The position numbers were made by a program, and so were the translations under genes. A DNA stretch of 23,572 nt from Candidatus Hydrothermales bacterium (GTDB lineage Bacteria > Hydrothermota > Hydrothermia > Hydrothermales > JAJRUZ01), in NCBI GenBank assembly GCA_039630575.1, contig JBCNUW010000026.1:1-23572 (forward strand), read 5' to 3'. The notes under the pieces were generated by a model. That model was not told the origin of the DNA and made no database searches. It saw only the letters and a list, made by a program, of their open reading frames with translations. Shown piece after piece: positions 11,661 through 22,504 of the stretch; the stretch's first letter is position 1; each line of letters opens with the position of its first letter.

Positions 11661-12248
11661 ATGAATGTAAAAATTAGTAGCCAAGAAATAAAAAAATATT
11701 TAGAAATAGAAACACCTGAATTTGATAAATATATAACACCATTAATTAATTTAGCGAACCAATACGCTCAAGGAACGCGCCCTAGAGTAGTTGGTCAAGT
11801 AAGTGAACTTATTAAGGAATTTAAGGGAAAAACTTTGTATGACTGGGAAAAATGGTATTCAGAGAAAAAACCAGATGCAATTAAAAATGCTACACAGAAG
11901 ATACTTTTAAAATTAAAGGAATTACGAAAAGCTATAAATAAAATTGATGAAGAAACTGTTGAAAAATGGGTAAAAGATCTTGTAATTGTGAAAACTTTTA
12001 TAGGATTGAGATTTCACGAAGCAATTTTAAAGAAGGCAGCAGAAATTAAAAAAACAAATTATCGTTTCGCAGAACCTTCAGAAGAATCTAAAGGGATAGA
12101 CGGATATATTGGAGAAATTCCTGTATCTATAAAACCTTACACTTATAAAGCAAAAGCTGAACTGCCTGAAGATATTAATGTAAAAATAATTTTTTATAAA
12201 AAGGTTAAAAATGGAATTGAAGTGGATTATAGTGAGATATTTGAGTAA
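11661..12248 (+). CDS. MjaI-family type II restriction endonuclease
   Basis: KYITPLINLANQYAQGTRPRVVGQVSELI and ESKGIDGYIGEIPVSIKPYTY motifs; starts 15 nt downstream of the methyltransferase. Confidence 0.8.
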   Translation: MNVKISSQEIKKYLEIETPEFDKYITPLINLANQYAQGTRPRVVGQVSELIKEFKGKTLYDWEKWYSEKKPDAIKNATQKILLKLKELRKAINKIDEETVEKWVKDLVIVKTFIGLRFHEAILKKAAEIKKTNYRFAEPSEESKGIDGYIGEIPVSIKPYTYKAKAELPEDINVKIIFYKKVKNGIEVDYSEIFE

Positions 12249-12375
12249 AGGAAATGAAATTTGATAATATATTTGTACTCAAGAGACTCATTTTGGAAAG
12301 ATTTGCAAAATTGAACTATAAGTATTTAATTTTTCTACAAAAATAATAAAGGAAACTTATTTTGAGGAGGTTAAA

Positions 12376-13263
12376 ATGATTAAAACAAATAAAGAAAAAC
12401 TTGTGATGATTGCTGTTCAAGGTGAAATTTCCCATCCTTTAACTTTTTATCCATATGATGTTTCAAGGAAAGGTGAAGTAATTTACACCTTGCCAGAAGG
12501 ATGTTGGGGAATCCATTATAATGTTAAGGTTGGAGATAAAGCCTTTGGATGGCAAGCTGACCATGTTGAACCAGGTGTTACAGTTGTATTTTCTCAAAAA
12601 GAAGAAAAAAAAGAAGAATTTTATGGGTTTCGTATCCCTGTATGCATAGGAAATACTGCGGTTGTTGTAAGTGGCGAAGCAAAAGGAGAAAAAGGTATTG
12701 TCACAGGAATACATACAGGAGTCCTTATTGATTTTCCTCAGGAGGTTCTTGAAAAACTTGCAATAGGTGATAAAATTCTTATAAGAGCATATGGAATGGG
12801 GCTTGAACTTTTAAATTTTAAAGAAATAAAGGTTATAAATATTACTCCTGAATTACTTGAAAAAATATGTGAGGAAGACGAAGGAAAAAATATCCTAAAA
12901 GTAAAAGTTAGAAAGGAAATTCCACCACAGCTTATGGGTTCAGGAATTGGTATCATTTCTTCTTCTTATGTTGATTATGATATAATGACTTCTGATGAGG
13001 AGACTCTTGAAGAATATGGATTACTCGATTTAAAACTTGGGGATGTAGTTGCTATAAACGATCATTACGCTAGTTTCGGACCATGTTATAAAAAAGGAGC
13101 AATTACAATTGGTGTAGTTGTCCATGGTGATTCAAAAATTTCAGGACACGGACCTGGAGTTTTACCAATAATTTCTTCTCTTACAAAGGAAAAAATAGAA
13201 ATTATATTTGATGAAAATTCAAATATTGGATTTTATTTGAACTGTGGTACTTTCAGAGGTTAA
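12376..13263 (+). CDS. DUF4438 domain-containing protein
   Basis: KTNKEKLVMIAVQGEISHP, ADHVEPGV, MGSGIG, DYDI and SGHGPGV. SD GAGGAGG. Confidence 0.85.
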   Translation: MIKTNKEKLVMIAVQGEISHPLTFYPYDVSRKGEVIYTLPEGCWGIHYNVKVGDKAFGWQADHVEPGVTVVFSQKEEKKEEFYGFRIPVCIGNTAVVVSGEAKGEKGIVTGIHTGVLIDFPQEVLEKLAIGDKILIRAYGMGLELLNFKEIKVINITPELLEKICEEDEGKNILKVKVRKEIPPQLMGSGIGIISSSYVDYDIMTSDEETLEEYGLLDLKLGDVVAINDHYASFGPCYKKGAITIGVVVHGDSKISGHGPGVLPIISSLTKEKIEIIFDENSNIGFYLNCGTFRG

Positions 13264-14583
13264 AAAAATTTAAAATAAAACTCGGAGAAGAATTTAAACT
13301 TTCTCAAGAACTTAAAAAATTTAAAGCACCTATTAAATATCAATATCAGAATAGAATCTTATCATAGTTTATTTCATTAGTCATTTACGCTCAGTAATTA
13401 AAATAATAATCTTTACACTTTTTGGTCTATGATCGTTTCCATAACCTATTAGATTTAGAAATTTTTTGATTCCATAATTTAAAAGTTGACTGAGGATGAA
13501 ATAATAACGGAGGTATGAAAATGGTTTGAAGAAAAGGGAATATTTTTTACATTAGAATTAAAAATATAAATGTAGCTAAGAAAATTTTTTTGTAAAAGTT
13601 TTTACACTATCATCTATGTTCAAAAAGTGGAATATTCGTGTTATAGCTGTGGTGTTTCTAGGAACAGAAATTTATATTAGAGTTTATAAAAAATAAAATT
13701 TAAAAAAATTTGAGCCAATATAAAAAGCCTTTCCTTAGTCTCTACCTTGATATTTTTTTAAATTATTCACAGCTATTTTAGATTTTATTTCTTATTAAGT
13801 TTTAAATTTTAAAAATTATTTTTGGCACTATGTCTTGTTTTATCAAGAAAGAATTTCATTGAAAACACATTTGCAAACTATTTAGTATTCCCTTTTACTT
13901 TTTTTCTGTAAATACCCATAATTTAGATACATTCTCTGAATCCATAGATATACTCTTTAAATCTAATAATACACCTCTTACAGGATAATCTCTATTTGTT
14001 ATATAAACTATCAATTTTTTTCTTTTAAATATTTTTTAAAGTAAAATTTTTTTTAATCTGATTCTTATTTTTGATTAATGATTCTACTGGATAAATTTTT
14101 TCTTTTGAAGTATAAAAATATACTTGTTTTATCTATTAAGACTAGTTTAACCTTATAAATAAATTTCTTTTTTATTTTTCCCAGACCAGAAATTTACTCT
14201 TTAAATATAATGAGGGATTAAAGAGAAAGTACCTTTATATCGTACTTCATCAAATAGGGAGAAAATTAAGTGAACACTCTAAGAATATTTTGCATAATTT
14301 AGAAATTAAAAGAGAAATTTATTTTTATACACTAAATTTTCTTCCAAAATTTCACAAAATTTTAAATTAAAGAGGAAAAAAATTTGTTAGGTAATAAGAA
14401 TTTAGTTAGAAGTTAGAACTAAAAATCAATTATTTTTACTTTTGAAAGTTGCCATAAATAAAAAAGATGAGATTTATACTCATAATTTACTTAAAATCGA
14501 TATTTTAGTGAGAAAAATTTTTTGAAATTAAAATATAATATACCATATAACTTAGTTATGTTTTTAAATTAGAAGGCATTTTT

Positions 14584-16260
14584 ATGAAACTTTTTATCTT
14601 GCTTTTGTTTATAAACAATGAAGGAAAAATAATCAGGGATGAGAAATTGTTTCCAAAATTCTTAACAGACGATGAACTTTCAAGAATACATGAAATAGGA
14701 AAGTATCTTCCGAAAGGATTTCCCCCTCCTTATCGAGTAAGAACACCTGCAGAATATGAAAGAGTTCAATGTGTTTTTTTAAGATGGCCCTACTATTCAT
14801 CATGGAATTACATATGGAGAGAAATAATAAGAGAAATTTGTGAAGTAACAAAGGCTTATATCATAACTAATTATCCCTCAGATACAATCTCAATAAAGAA
14901 TTATCTCTTACAAGGCGGAGTTAACATAGATTCAGTTAGATTCTTTATCACTTCAACTAATTCAGTATGGATAAGAGACTATGGTCCTTGGAGCATCTAT
15001 GTAGAAGATAGTACACTTTCAATAGTTGATTTTATTTACAACAGACCAAGACCAAGAGACGATTCTTTTCCTTCAAAAATTGGACAAGCATGGAACTTAC
15101 CTTTCTACTTACCCAATCTTATCCATGTTGGTGGAAATTTTATGGTTGATGGTAACGGTGTTGGATTTGCAACAGAACTAATTTATCAAGAGAACAATTT
15201 AACTCCTTCACAGATTGGTCAGATAATGAAAGACTATTTGGGTCTTGAAAAATTTGTTGTTGTCCCAAAAATTTTATATGAATATACTGGTCATATAGAT
15301 ATCTTCGCAAAGATTTTAAACGATACACTTGTAATGGTAGGTAAATATGAAAATCCTTCTGACCCCAATTACACAAGGTTGAACCAAATTGCAGACTCAA
15401 TATGTAATGTCCAAAATCTTGATGGAAAATATTTTAAAGTTGTGAGAATAACAATGCCAGAGTCTTTTTCTCCTGGAAATACAACAGGTGCAACCTACTT
15501 GAATTCTCTTTTAGTTAATGGCAAGGTACTTGTTCCTATATATGGACTACCTCAAGATCAAGAAGCACTTCAGGTTTATCAATCAGCACTTCCTAATTAT
15601 GAAGTTGTGGGAATAAACTGTTCAGCAATGCTTGGGTCTGGAGGAGCAATTCACTGTGTTACTATGGGATTTTCTCCTATGGATTTTTCACCCCCTTAAT
15701 TACTCATACTCCTTTACATGATACTTCAATTTCTTTTTGGCCACTTACAGTTTATGCAGAAGTTTTTGATAACTTAAAAGTTTATAGGGTCTATTTAATA
15801 TATAATATAAATCGTCAGGATTCCTCTATTTTAAGAATGGGTTAGAGTAGAAGCAACAAATAGTTTTCAAAAAGAGTTTCAGGGTAGTGTAAATGTTGGT
15901 GACTCTATTTTTTATAAAATTTTAGCAATAGATGGTGCTTTTAATAAAACATATATCCCCCAAAACGGATATTTTTCCTTTGAGATAAAACCATTAATTG
16001 AAGTTTCAGAGGAGAGAATAGATAAGAAATTAAGGGTTTATTTATTAAATAGAAATCTATTTGTATTTTCAAATGAAGAGGAAACTTTTAATTTATTTAT
16101 ATACGATATTTCAGGAAGAATTGTTAAAAGTTTAAAATTTTTAATCAAGGGGAATAAAAAAATTAATCTTGGTAGTTTAAAGTACGGAACTTATTTCTTA
16201 AAAATAAATTCAAAAAATTATAAGACAAAAATTAAAATTTTAAATATAACTAAAAAGTAG
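14584..16260 (+). CDS. Secreted agmatine/peptidylarginine deiminase with a T9SS-like C-terminal domain; interrupted by two compensating frameshifts
   Basis: PAEYE, WIRDYGP, GGNF, GHID and GGAIHCVT motifs. After TAA 15697-15699 the -1 frame reads LITHTPLHDT...LRM. The original frame resumes at 15841 (VRVEATN...LFIYDISGRIVKSL...LKYGTYFLKI) to TAG 16260. Reconstructed length is 558 aa. Confidence 0.85.
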
Positions 16261-17084
16261 TATATGAAAAAATAGTAGTTTGGTTAATGGTACTTATAAT
16301 TCCTAAAGACTGTAAGAGAAAAAAGTATACAGAGGAAGATATAATAATGGAGCTCATTAAATTAAGCCCCATTTTTAATCAAAGAGCACAATAGGTAACG
16401 ATTAATCACAAGTATCTTTAAAAGCTAACGTAAATCCTATTTTATGGGTAAAAAAATACCTTCTCCTTATATTCAGATTTACATAACAGGTGATTCTGCA
16501 TTTAATGATAATACAGGTTTACGATGAGGAAATTCTTCATTTATGAGCATTGTGGCTGACTCTCAAAAAGTAGAACATTATAAAAAATATTATCAGATAT
16601 ATTTTATATAAGAGGATCATCTAAAAAAGTGGTATAAAGTGATCCTCATATAGGATGGCAACTGTAGAGTATAACGTAAATCCATACTTTATCCAAAGAT
16701 GTAAATTCTGACTTTACAATAGATTCAATGTAATTAAAACTTTGAAAAGAAACTTTTAAAGTAAAAGATCCTTTGACCCTTCAAAAGATTTTAGAAGTTG
16801 ATAGTGTTGAAGTATAACTCTATCTCTTAAAATTAAATGATAGACATTATAGACTATTTATGAATGAGATTTCACTAAGAATTTACAAAAAGAATTTTTG
16901 TGATTCTTCTGATGTGAAAAGTTTTCACTGGATAATCGTTGATGTTCTCGGTGATAAAACTCTCGGAAAAGAGGATGAGGTTTATAAGATAAGAATTTGA
17001 TTTTATATGTATTGAAGAAAATAATTAAGAGATAAAATTGACAAGTTTCATAAAAAGTGTAATACTATAGAATAGTTTTTATTT

Positions 17085-17180
17085 ATGAAAGGCAAAATTT
17101 TAGAAACACTAAGTAAATTGGGAGTAAAGGTAAAGAAGTAGTATTATTTTGATAGAGGTCTTATGGTAAATTTAAAAAAG
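17085..17180 (+). pseudogene. Probable decayed MNT nucleotidyltransferase fragment
   Basis: MKGKILETLSKLGVKVK, then after a frameshift EVVLF**RSYGKFKK. The TGA and TAG codons are each one substitution from GGA and TCG, which would restore VVLFGSR.YG. Confidence 0.4.
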
Positions 17181-17836
17181 TGTCTTGAACCTTTAGCAAA
17201 AAATTTATAAAAACTTAATTAATAAAAAAAGATTAAACATATATTTAAGAAAAAGTGAAGAAATAGCTATTAAGGAGTAGAAGAATCTAGTTTAGTTTAA
17301 CACAAAATTTTAAAAGAGATGAAATATAAAATTCGCCTCTTTTTGGTCATTTGAGTAAAGTGAGATATTGTGCTTTTTTATATTCTTTTTTTAAATAGCA
17401 AAAAAGTGTTTTGAGATAGCTTAAAAATTTATGGTTTTATTTTCAGAAAATTGATAAAAATTAAAAAGATTTAAAATTTTCTGTTTTATCTCTTTAGTAT
17501 TTATATAAAAGGATAAATAATTTAGGAGAAGCCAAAAAATATCTTATACTATAAACTCACTAAAGATGAGTGATTATTTAATTAATGATACCCGTTTAAA
17601 TTTAATAAGAGTACTTTTGCTATAGAAAATTTGTTAAAAATTATGTAGATAGATTTAAGATGTATATATTCTTCGTACTTTTACTGTAAGAAGTATTCCT
17701 GTGGCTTTTTAAAAATTTTTTTACTTTATGACTATTTATATGAAATTGTTTCAAATTACTTGATACTTTAAAAATATTATTTTTATTAATATTTATTTTT
17801 ATCTTATACTTTTAAAGGTATTTAGTTATTACAATT

Positions 17837-19054
17837 ATGGAAAAAATTAGACCTATTGAAATATCAGAAAGAATCGAGTTTATCGATATTTTGAGAGGTT
17901 TTGCACTCTTTGGAATTTTACTTGTGAATATGCAGCTTTATAATCATCCTTTACAAATACTTATTTTACCATCGAGAGAAAATTATCTTTTAGATAAAAT
18001 TTCTGAATTTGTTATAAAATTTCTAGCTGAGGGAAAATTTTATTCTCTTTTCTCATTTTTATTTGGTATAAGTTTTTTCATACAACTTAGGAGATTTGAA
18101 GAAAGAAATACTCCTTTTAAATCTTTTTTTCTAAGAAGACTTTTTATTCTTTTTCTGATAGGTATTTTTCATGGAATTTTCATATGGCCAGGAGACATTC
18201 TTTCCCTCTATGCCATTGCAGGTCTTTTTCTCTTATTTTTCAAGAGAATCTCAAATAGATGGTTGATTTTTACTTCAATAATCTTACTTGCAATTATGCC
18301 TTTTTTTCTTTTAATCAGTGCTTTTGGAGTCGAGATGGCAAAAATTTATGAACCAGAAAGTATTAAAGAAATAGAAAAATCAACAGATTTATTTAAGAAA
18401 GAAGCTGAAAAAGCTTATCAAATCTATTCGAATGGTAATTTTTTTGAAATAACAAGACGAAGAATTCATGATTATTTTTCCTTTACCTTTTTTGGTAATT
18501 TTTTTATTTTCTTTAACGTACTGGCTATGTTTTTGTTGGGGATTTTTTTTATGAGAATTAATGTTTTTAAAAATTTTGAAAATAATCTTCCTTTCTTAAG
18601 GAAAATTTTGATAATTGGAATTTTAGTTGGAATACCTGCAAATGTTTTATATGCTTATATAATAAGAACCATACCTAAAAATATCCCTACTTTTGATTTA
18701 TTCTTTGCTTATCTAGCATATAATTTAGGAGTGCCTTTACTTTGTCTTTCTTATGTTTCTTTAATATTAATTTTTTATCATTATAGCTACTTTAAGAAAT
18801 TTTTAAAACCTCTCTCGGCAATGGGTAAACTCTCCCTTACTAATTATCTTCTTCAGTCTATAATATGCACAACTTTATTTTATGGATATGGAGGAAAACT
18901 TTTCGGTAAAATTGGTATGTCATCTTCAATAGTCATTACCCTCTTTATCTTTTCCTTTCAAATCATATTTAGCAACTTATGGATTAGAAAATTTAAATTT
19001 GGAATATTTGAATATATATGGAGAGTGGCTTCTTATAGAGTTTTAAAAATATAA
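17837..19054 (+). CDS. DUF418 (YeiB-like) multi-pass membrane protein
   Basis: RIEFIDILRGFALFGILLVN, EGKFYSLFSFLFG, WPGDILSLYA, GKLSLTNYLLQS and GIFEYIWR. Confidence 0.92.
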   Translation: MEKIRPIEISERIEFIDILRGFALFGILLVNMQLYNHPLQILILPSRENYLLDKISEFVIKFLAEGKFYSLFSFLFGISFFIQLRRFEERNTPFKSFFLRRLFILFLIGIFHGIFIWPGDILSLYAIAGLFLLFFKRISNRWLIFTSIILLAIMPFFLLISAFGVEMAKIYEPESIKEIEKSTDLFKKEAEKAYQIYSNGNFFEITRRRIHDYFSFTFFGNFFIFFNVLAMFLLGIFFMRINVFKNFENNLPFLRKILIIGILVGIPANVLYAYIIRTIPKNIPTFDLFFAYLAYNLGVPLLCLSYVSLILIFYHYSYFKKFLKPLSAMGKLSLTNYLLQSIICTTLFYGYGGKLFGKIGMSSSIVITLFIFSFQIIFSNLWIRKFKFGIFEYIWRVASYRVLKI

Positions 19055-21089
19055 ATTTTAACTTATTTTTATTAAAAATTAACTATTTGAATGGTAAGCA
19101 TCTTTTTTGGTAAAGGTTTTTGGTTTTATTTCTTATAAGTGTGGATATTCGTTTTTAATAGCCTAAATTTTTGAATAACAAAGTAATTTTTATAAGATTT
19201 TTTTAAAGACCACATAAAGGTTATAATAATTTTTTTAATGGAATAAATTTTTTGAGCGTGTGAATCTATTAAAGGTTGATATCTTTAATTAAAAAAAGCA
19301 TTGAAAGTGCACAAAAAGAAAAAATCTTTTTAATAATATTAGATTTGAAATTTAAAGGGAGGAATGAAACAAAAATAAGAAAAGTTGTTTTTTACTATAG
19401 TGATATTAGGGGATATGAGGATCTATAAAAATTTGTGAAAAGAAACTTTAGAAGAAGTTTAATGAGTTGAAGAGACAAAAGAATGAAAGATGGGATAAAT
19501 TTATGGACAGGAGGATATCTGCTTCCGATTTATTATATAGGTGTTTAGGATTATTTTTCCTAAAAATTTTTTTGATAGTTAGTTCTTCAAGAATACAGAG
19601 CGACTTGTATATAGATTCGTAGCATACAGGTATTACAAGTAACCAAGCGATTGGTTATGTTCTAAAATGCAATTGTGCTGCCTTTATTTTATCCAGAATA
19701 AACTGTACTTCCACTAGGAAGAGCAGGTTAAACTTTAAGTTATGAAATAAGTTTGGTTGTAACAGCTTTTTATTTATTACAGGAACAACCATCGGCATTG
19801 GAATGACCTCACATCTACAGAGGCTTAATGTAAGTTATGTTGAAGCAAGGATTTTTTGGCGATTTATATATAAATTAGTGGCCTATAAGGGCTATAAGTG
19901 CATCTGTAATTAGTTATGTTTTAAGATTGAATGGTATTGTTTTTATTTAAAAATACCTGTTTAGCGGGAATAGTTCGATTGGGACTGTTGCACAATTTCT
20001 TTACTTATCTTATGAGTATAATAAGGGGTAATAGTAATTTCTGGTGGAATAAAAATGCAAGGCTCTGTATAGTAACAAGTACACCTATCTACAAACTTCA
20101 TTTCATAGGTTCAAAAAAGATTAACCCTTACTTATCACCTATGGAAAACCAACTGTATTCCTAAAATACAAATATAACTCATGAGTTAAATAGTGCAGAG
20201 AATTAATCACTTCCTTTGCTTTTTTATTACAGATTATGGGGGACTGTATGGAAATTTACTCTATAGAGAAAGCACGGGAACTACGCAAGAGCTTACAGAA
20301 ACGTCAGAAGGTACTGCCGATTACTACGATGATATTACCCTTACACTTTTGGTTGATAATTCATCAGAGGGTTCCATACTTATTATCTTTTTTTTAGAAT
20401 GAATATGTGAACTACTTTAAATTATAGAAATTAAAAAATAGGAGGGTTAAAAATTAAGTTTCTTTATGCTCAAGAGGATGATATAAAAATTATTGAGTAT
20501 AAAATACCGGTAAAGAATACATGAATAGTAAGAATAGAGCAATCACAAAATCTTTTTGAAATAAAATTTCCACTAAAAGTTTCTGAAATTATTTCGGAAG
20601 CATATGATACTAAAATCTTAACTATACCCTATATCTCTTGGAACTAGATTTATATAGCTCATATTGACTAGTCAGATTTTAGATTTAAATTTGAAACATA
20701 GGCTCTTGATGCTTAATTTAATTAACTTGTTATTTGTGAAACTCCATAGCATTATAAAAATTTATTGACTTAAAATTAAGGGAGAAAAAATTAGAGCTAA
20801 ATTGCTTTTTAAAAAGAAACAGTAAGGTTACAGAAAATCCTATAAGGATTTTTAAATGTATATGGAAGAAAAATTTATAAAAGAGAATTCGAAGGTTGAA
20901 AAAGAAATTACCTTTAAAATTGATAAATTCTTAAAATTTTTAAAGATATGATGTTAAATAGCCTTTTCATAATATCAAGATACAAATTTTATCTTCAATA
21001 TTTTTAAAGACTTAGCATATTACTTCGATACTATTAGGACAAGTTGATTTTTTTTGGTTGGGTTTATATTGTAAAATTATAGAATAAAA

Positions 21090-21836
21090 ATGAATTTATT
21101 ATCCTTGTTTTTAATTCTTCAAATTGGAGAAAAATTTCATAATGAGACAAAACTTGATCCTTTAAAAGCTCTTGGTTCTGTTTTAAAAATTGAAAAACCT
21201 CCTCCACAATTTAAAACTTATCCTGATAAGCCAAAGATAAAGCTTCCAGAGCCAACTTTTAAGGGAATGATATTAGAAGAGGCGATTAAAAAGAGAAGGT
21301 CTGTAAGAGAATATTCTGATAAACCTTTAACCCTTAACGAAGTATCTCAAATCCTTTTTTCAGCTCAAGGGATAACAGGCGAGCTTGCGGGCATTTATTT
21401 AAGGGCTGTTCCATCAGCAGGTGCACTTTATCCTATTGAAATTTATTTAATTGTTCAAAATGTAGAGGGACTTAAAAAAGGTATATATCATTATAATGTA
21501 ATAGAACATTCTCTTGAGTTTATTAAAGAGGGTGATTTTAAAAATGAAATCTTTAGAGCAGGACTTTTTCAAGAAATGTTTTTATCTGCACCGTTAACTT
21601 TAGTTTATACTGCTATTTTTAAAAGAACAACTCATAAGTATGACGATAGAGGATATAGATATGTTTATATTGAAGCAGGGCATGTAGCTCAAAATGTCTC
21701 TTTACAATGTGTATCTCTTGGTCTTTCTTCCTGTGTAATAGGTGCTTTTTTTGATAGTATGGTTGATAAGTTGATAGGAGTTGATGGAAAGGAAGAGGCA
21801 AGTATTTATATACAGACAATTGGAAAACCAAAGTGA
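21090..21836 (+). CDS. SagB/ThcOx-family FMN-dependent dehydrogenase (nitroreductase fold)
   Basis: FHNETK, KTYP...IKLP, RRSVREY, RAVPSAGALYPIEIY and YRYVYIEAGHVAQN. Confidence 0.92.
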   Translation: MNLLSLFLILQIGEKFHNETKLDPLKALGSVLKIEKPPPQFKTYPDKPKIKLPEPTFKGMILEEAIKKRRSVREYSDKPLTLNEVSQILFSAQGITGELAGIYLRAVPSAGALYPIEIYLIVQNVEGLKKGIYHYNVIEHSLEFIKEGDFKNEIFRAGLFQEMFLSAPLTLVYTAIFKRTTHKYDDRGYRYVYIEAGHVAQNVSLQCVSLGLSSCVIGAFFDSMVDKLIGVDGKEEASIYIQTIGKPK

Positions 21837-22099
21837 TATTAAATTTAATTCTATTATTTCTTTTTCCATTAACTGTTTTTTTTGGAATTATAGCAGAAAA
21901 ACTCGGAATTCATAGATTTATATTTCACAGGTATTCTGCATACATTTTTTTCTTTCTTGTTACATGGCATATTTTAAGAAAATTTAAAGCAATGAATATT
22001 TATTTTAGGAAAAAGAAATTTCTTTTACCGATTTTTTATTTCATAGTAATTTTTTATTTTTTTGTTTTAATTTTTTCTATATTGGACTTTATAATTTAA
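21833..22099 (+). CDS. Small three-helix membrane protein, DUF4405/cytochrome b-like
   Basis: GTG start overlaps the sagB-like stop (GTGA). H32-x13-H46 lie on one hydrophobic helix. Confidence 0.5.
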   Translation: MILNLILLFLFPLTVFFGIIAEKLGIHRFIFHRYSAYIFFFLVTWHILRKFKAMNIYFRKKKFLLPIFYFIVIFYFFVLIFSILDFII

Positions 22100-22101
22100 C
22101 T

Positions 22102-22497
22102 ATGAAAAAAATAATTTTAGTTTTCTTTTTGATTTCGTTAAATAATAAATTGTTTTCGCAAAAGGAAGTTCCCTTTACTCTTGAAGATAGGGATAGAATT
22201 ATAAGGATTGAAATATCATTAAGAGAATTTAAAGAGATTGTTGAAAAAAGATTTGAATTAATTGAGAAAAGAATTGATCAGCTCGTCCATCTTCTTATAG
22301 GGATAGTTGCTGCTTTTGCAGGTATTGTTGCTGTAACAATAGGGTTTGCTATATGGGATAGAAGAACTGCACTTTTACCTTATCTTAAAAGGAGCAGAGA
22401 AATTGAAGAAAAAGAGGAAATAATCATAAAAATTTTAAAAGAGTATTCAAAGAAAAATCCTGAGCTTGCAGATATAATTAAGAATTTTGGACTTTAA
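22102..22497 (+). CDS. Hypothetical protein: signal peptide, coiled coil, one transmembrane helix
   Basis: MKKIILVFFLIS signal-like start, EVPFTLEDRDRIIRIE, heptad-like RFELIEKRIDQL, and a hydrophobic helix ending in GFAIWDRRTAL. Confidence 0.75.
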   Translation: MKKIILVFFLISLNNKLFSQKEVPFTLEDRDRIIRIEISLREFKEIVEKRFELIEKRIDQLVHLLIGIVAAFAGIVAVTIGFAIWDRRTALLPYLKRSREIEEKEEIIIKILKEYSKKNPELADIIKNFGL

Positions 22498-22504
22498 TAT
22501 ATTT

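Noticed and set aside
8935..12956. ORFs 8935..9291, 9084..9308, 10796..11176, 12463..12714 and 12738..12956
   Set aside because: Antisense to well-supported genes, with no motifs.
16612..16647. 8-bp inverted repeat GAGGATCA...TGATCCTC
   Set aside because: Long loop, no U-tract, no transposase and no second copy; insufficient to call a terminator, operator or MITE.
19275..19307. Solitary CRISPR-repeat-like string GTTGATATCTTTAATTAAAAAAAGCATTGAAAG
   Set aside because: It has GTT...ATTGAAAG ends but is a single copy 15 kb from the cas genes, with no cognate repeat to compare; plausible by chance in AT-rich DNA.
19483..19530. CocE/NonD hydrolase remnant (MKDGINLWTGGYLLP resembling MRDGVKLATDIYLP)
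   Set aside because: The match is too short and downstream family motifs could not be recovered.
19931..20402. ORFs 19931..20164 and 20193..20402 as real genes
   Set aside because: Short, no SD, no recognisable family, and inside a decayed tract; at most fragments of an eroded gene.
14633..21831. ORFs 14633..14851, 15140..15400 and 21619..21831
   Set aside because: Antisense shadows within the deiminase and SagB-family genes.
21090..21836. RiPP (azole peptide) biosynthetic cluster
   Set aside because: No YcaO cyclodehydratase, Cys/Ser/Thr-rich precursor or exporter nearby; stand-alone SagB-like genes are common.
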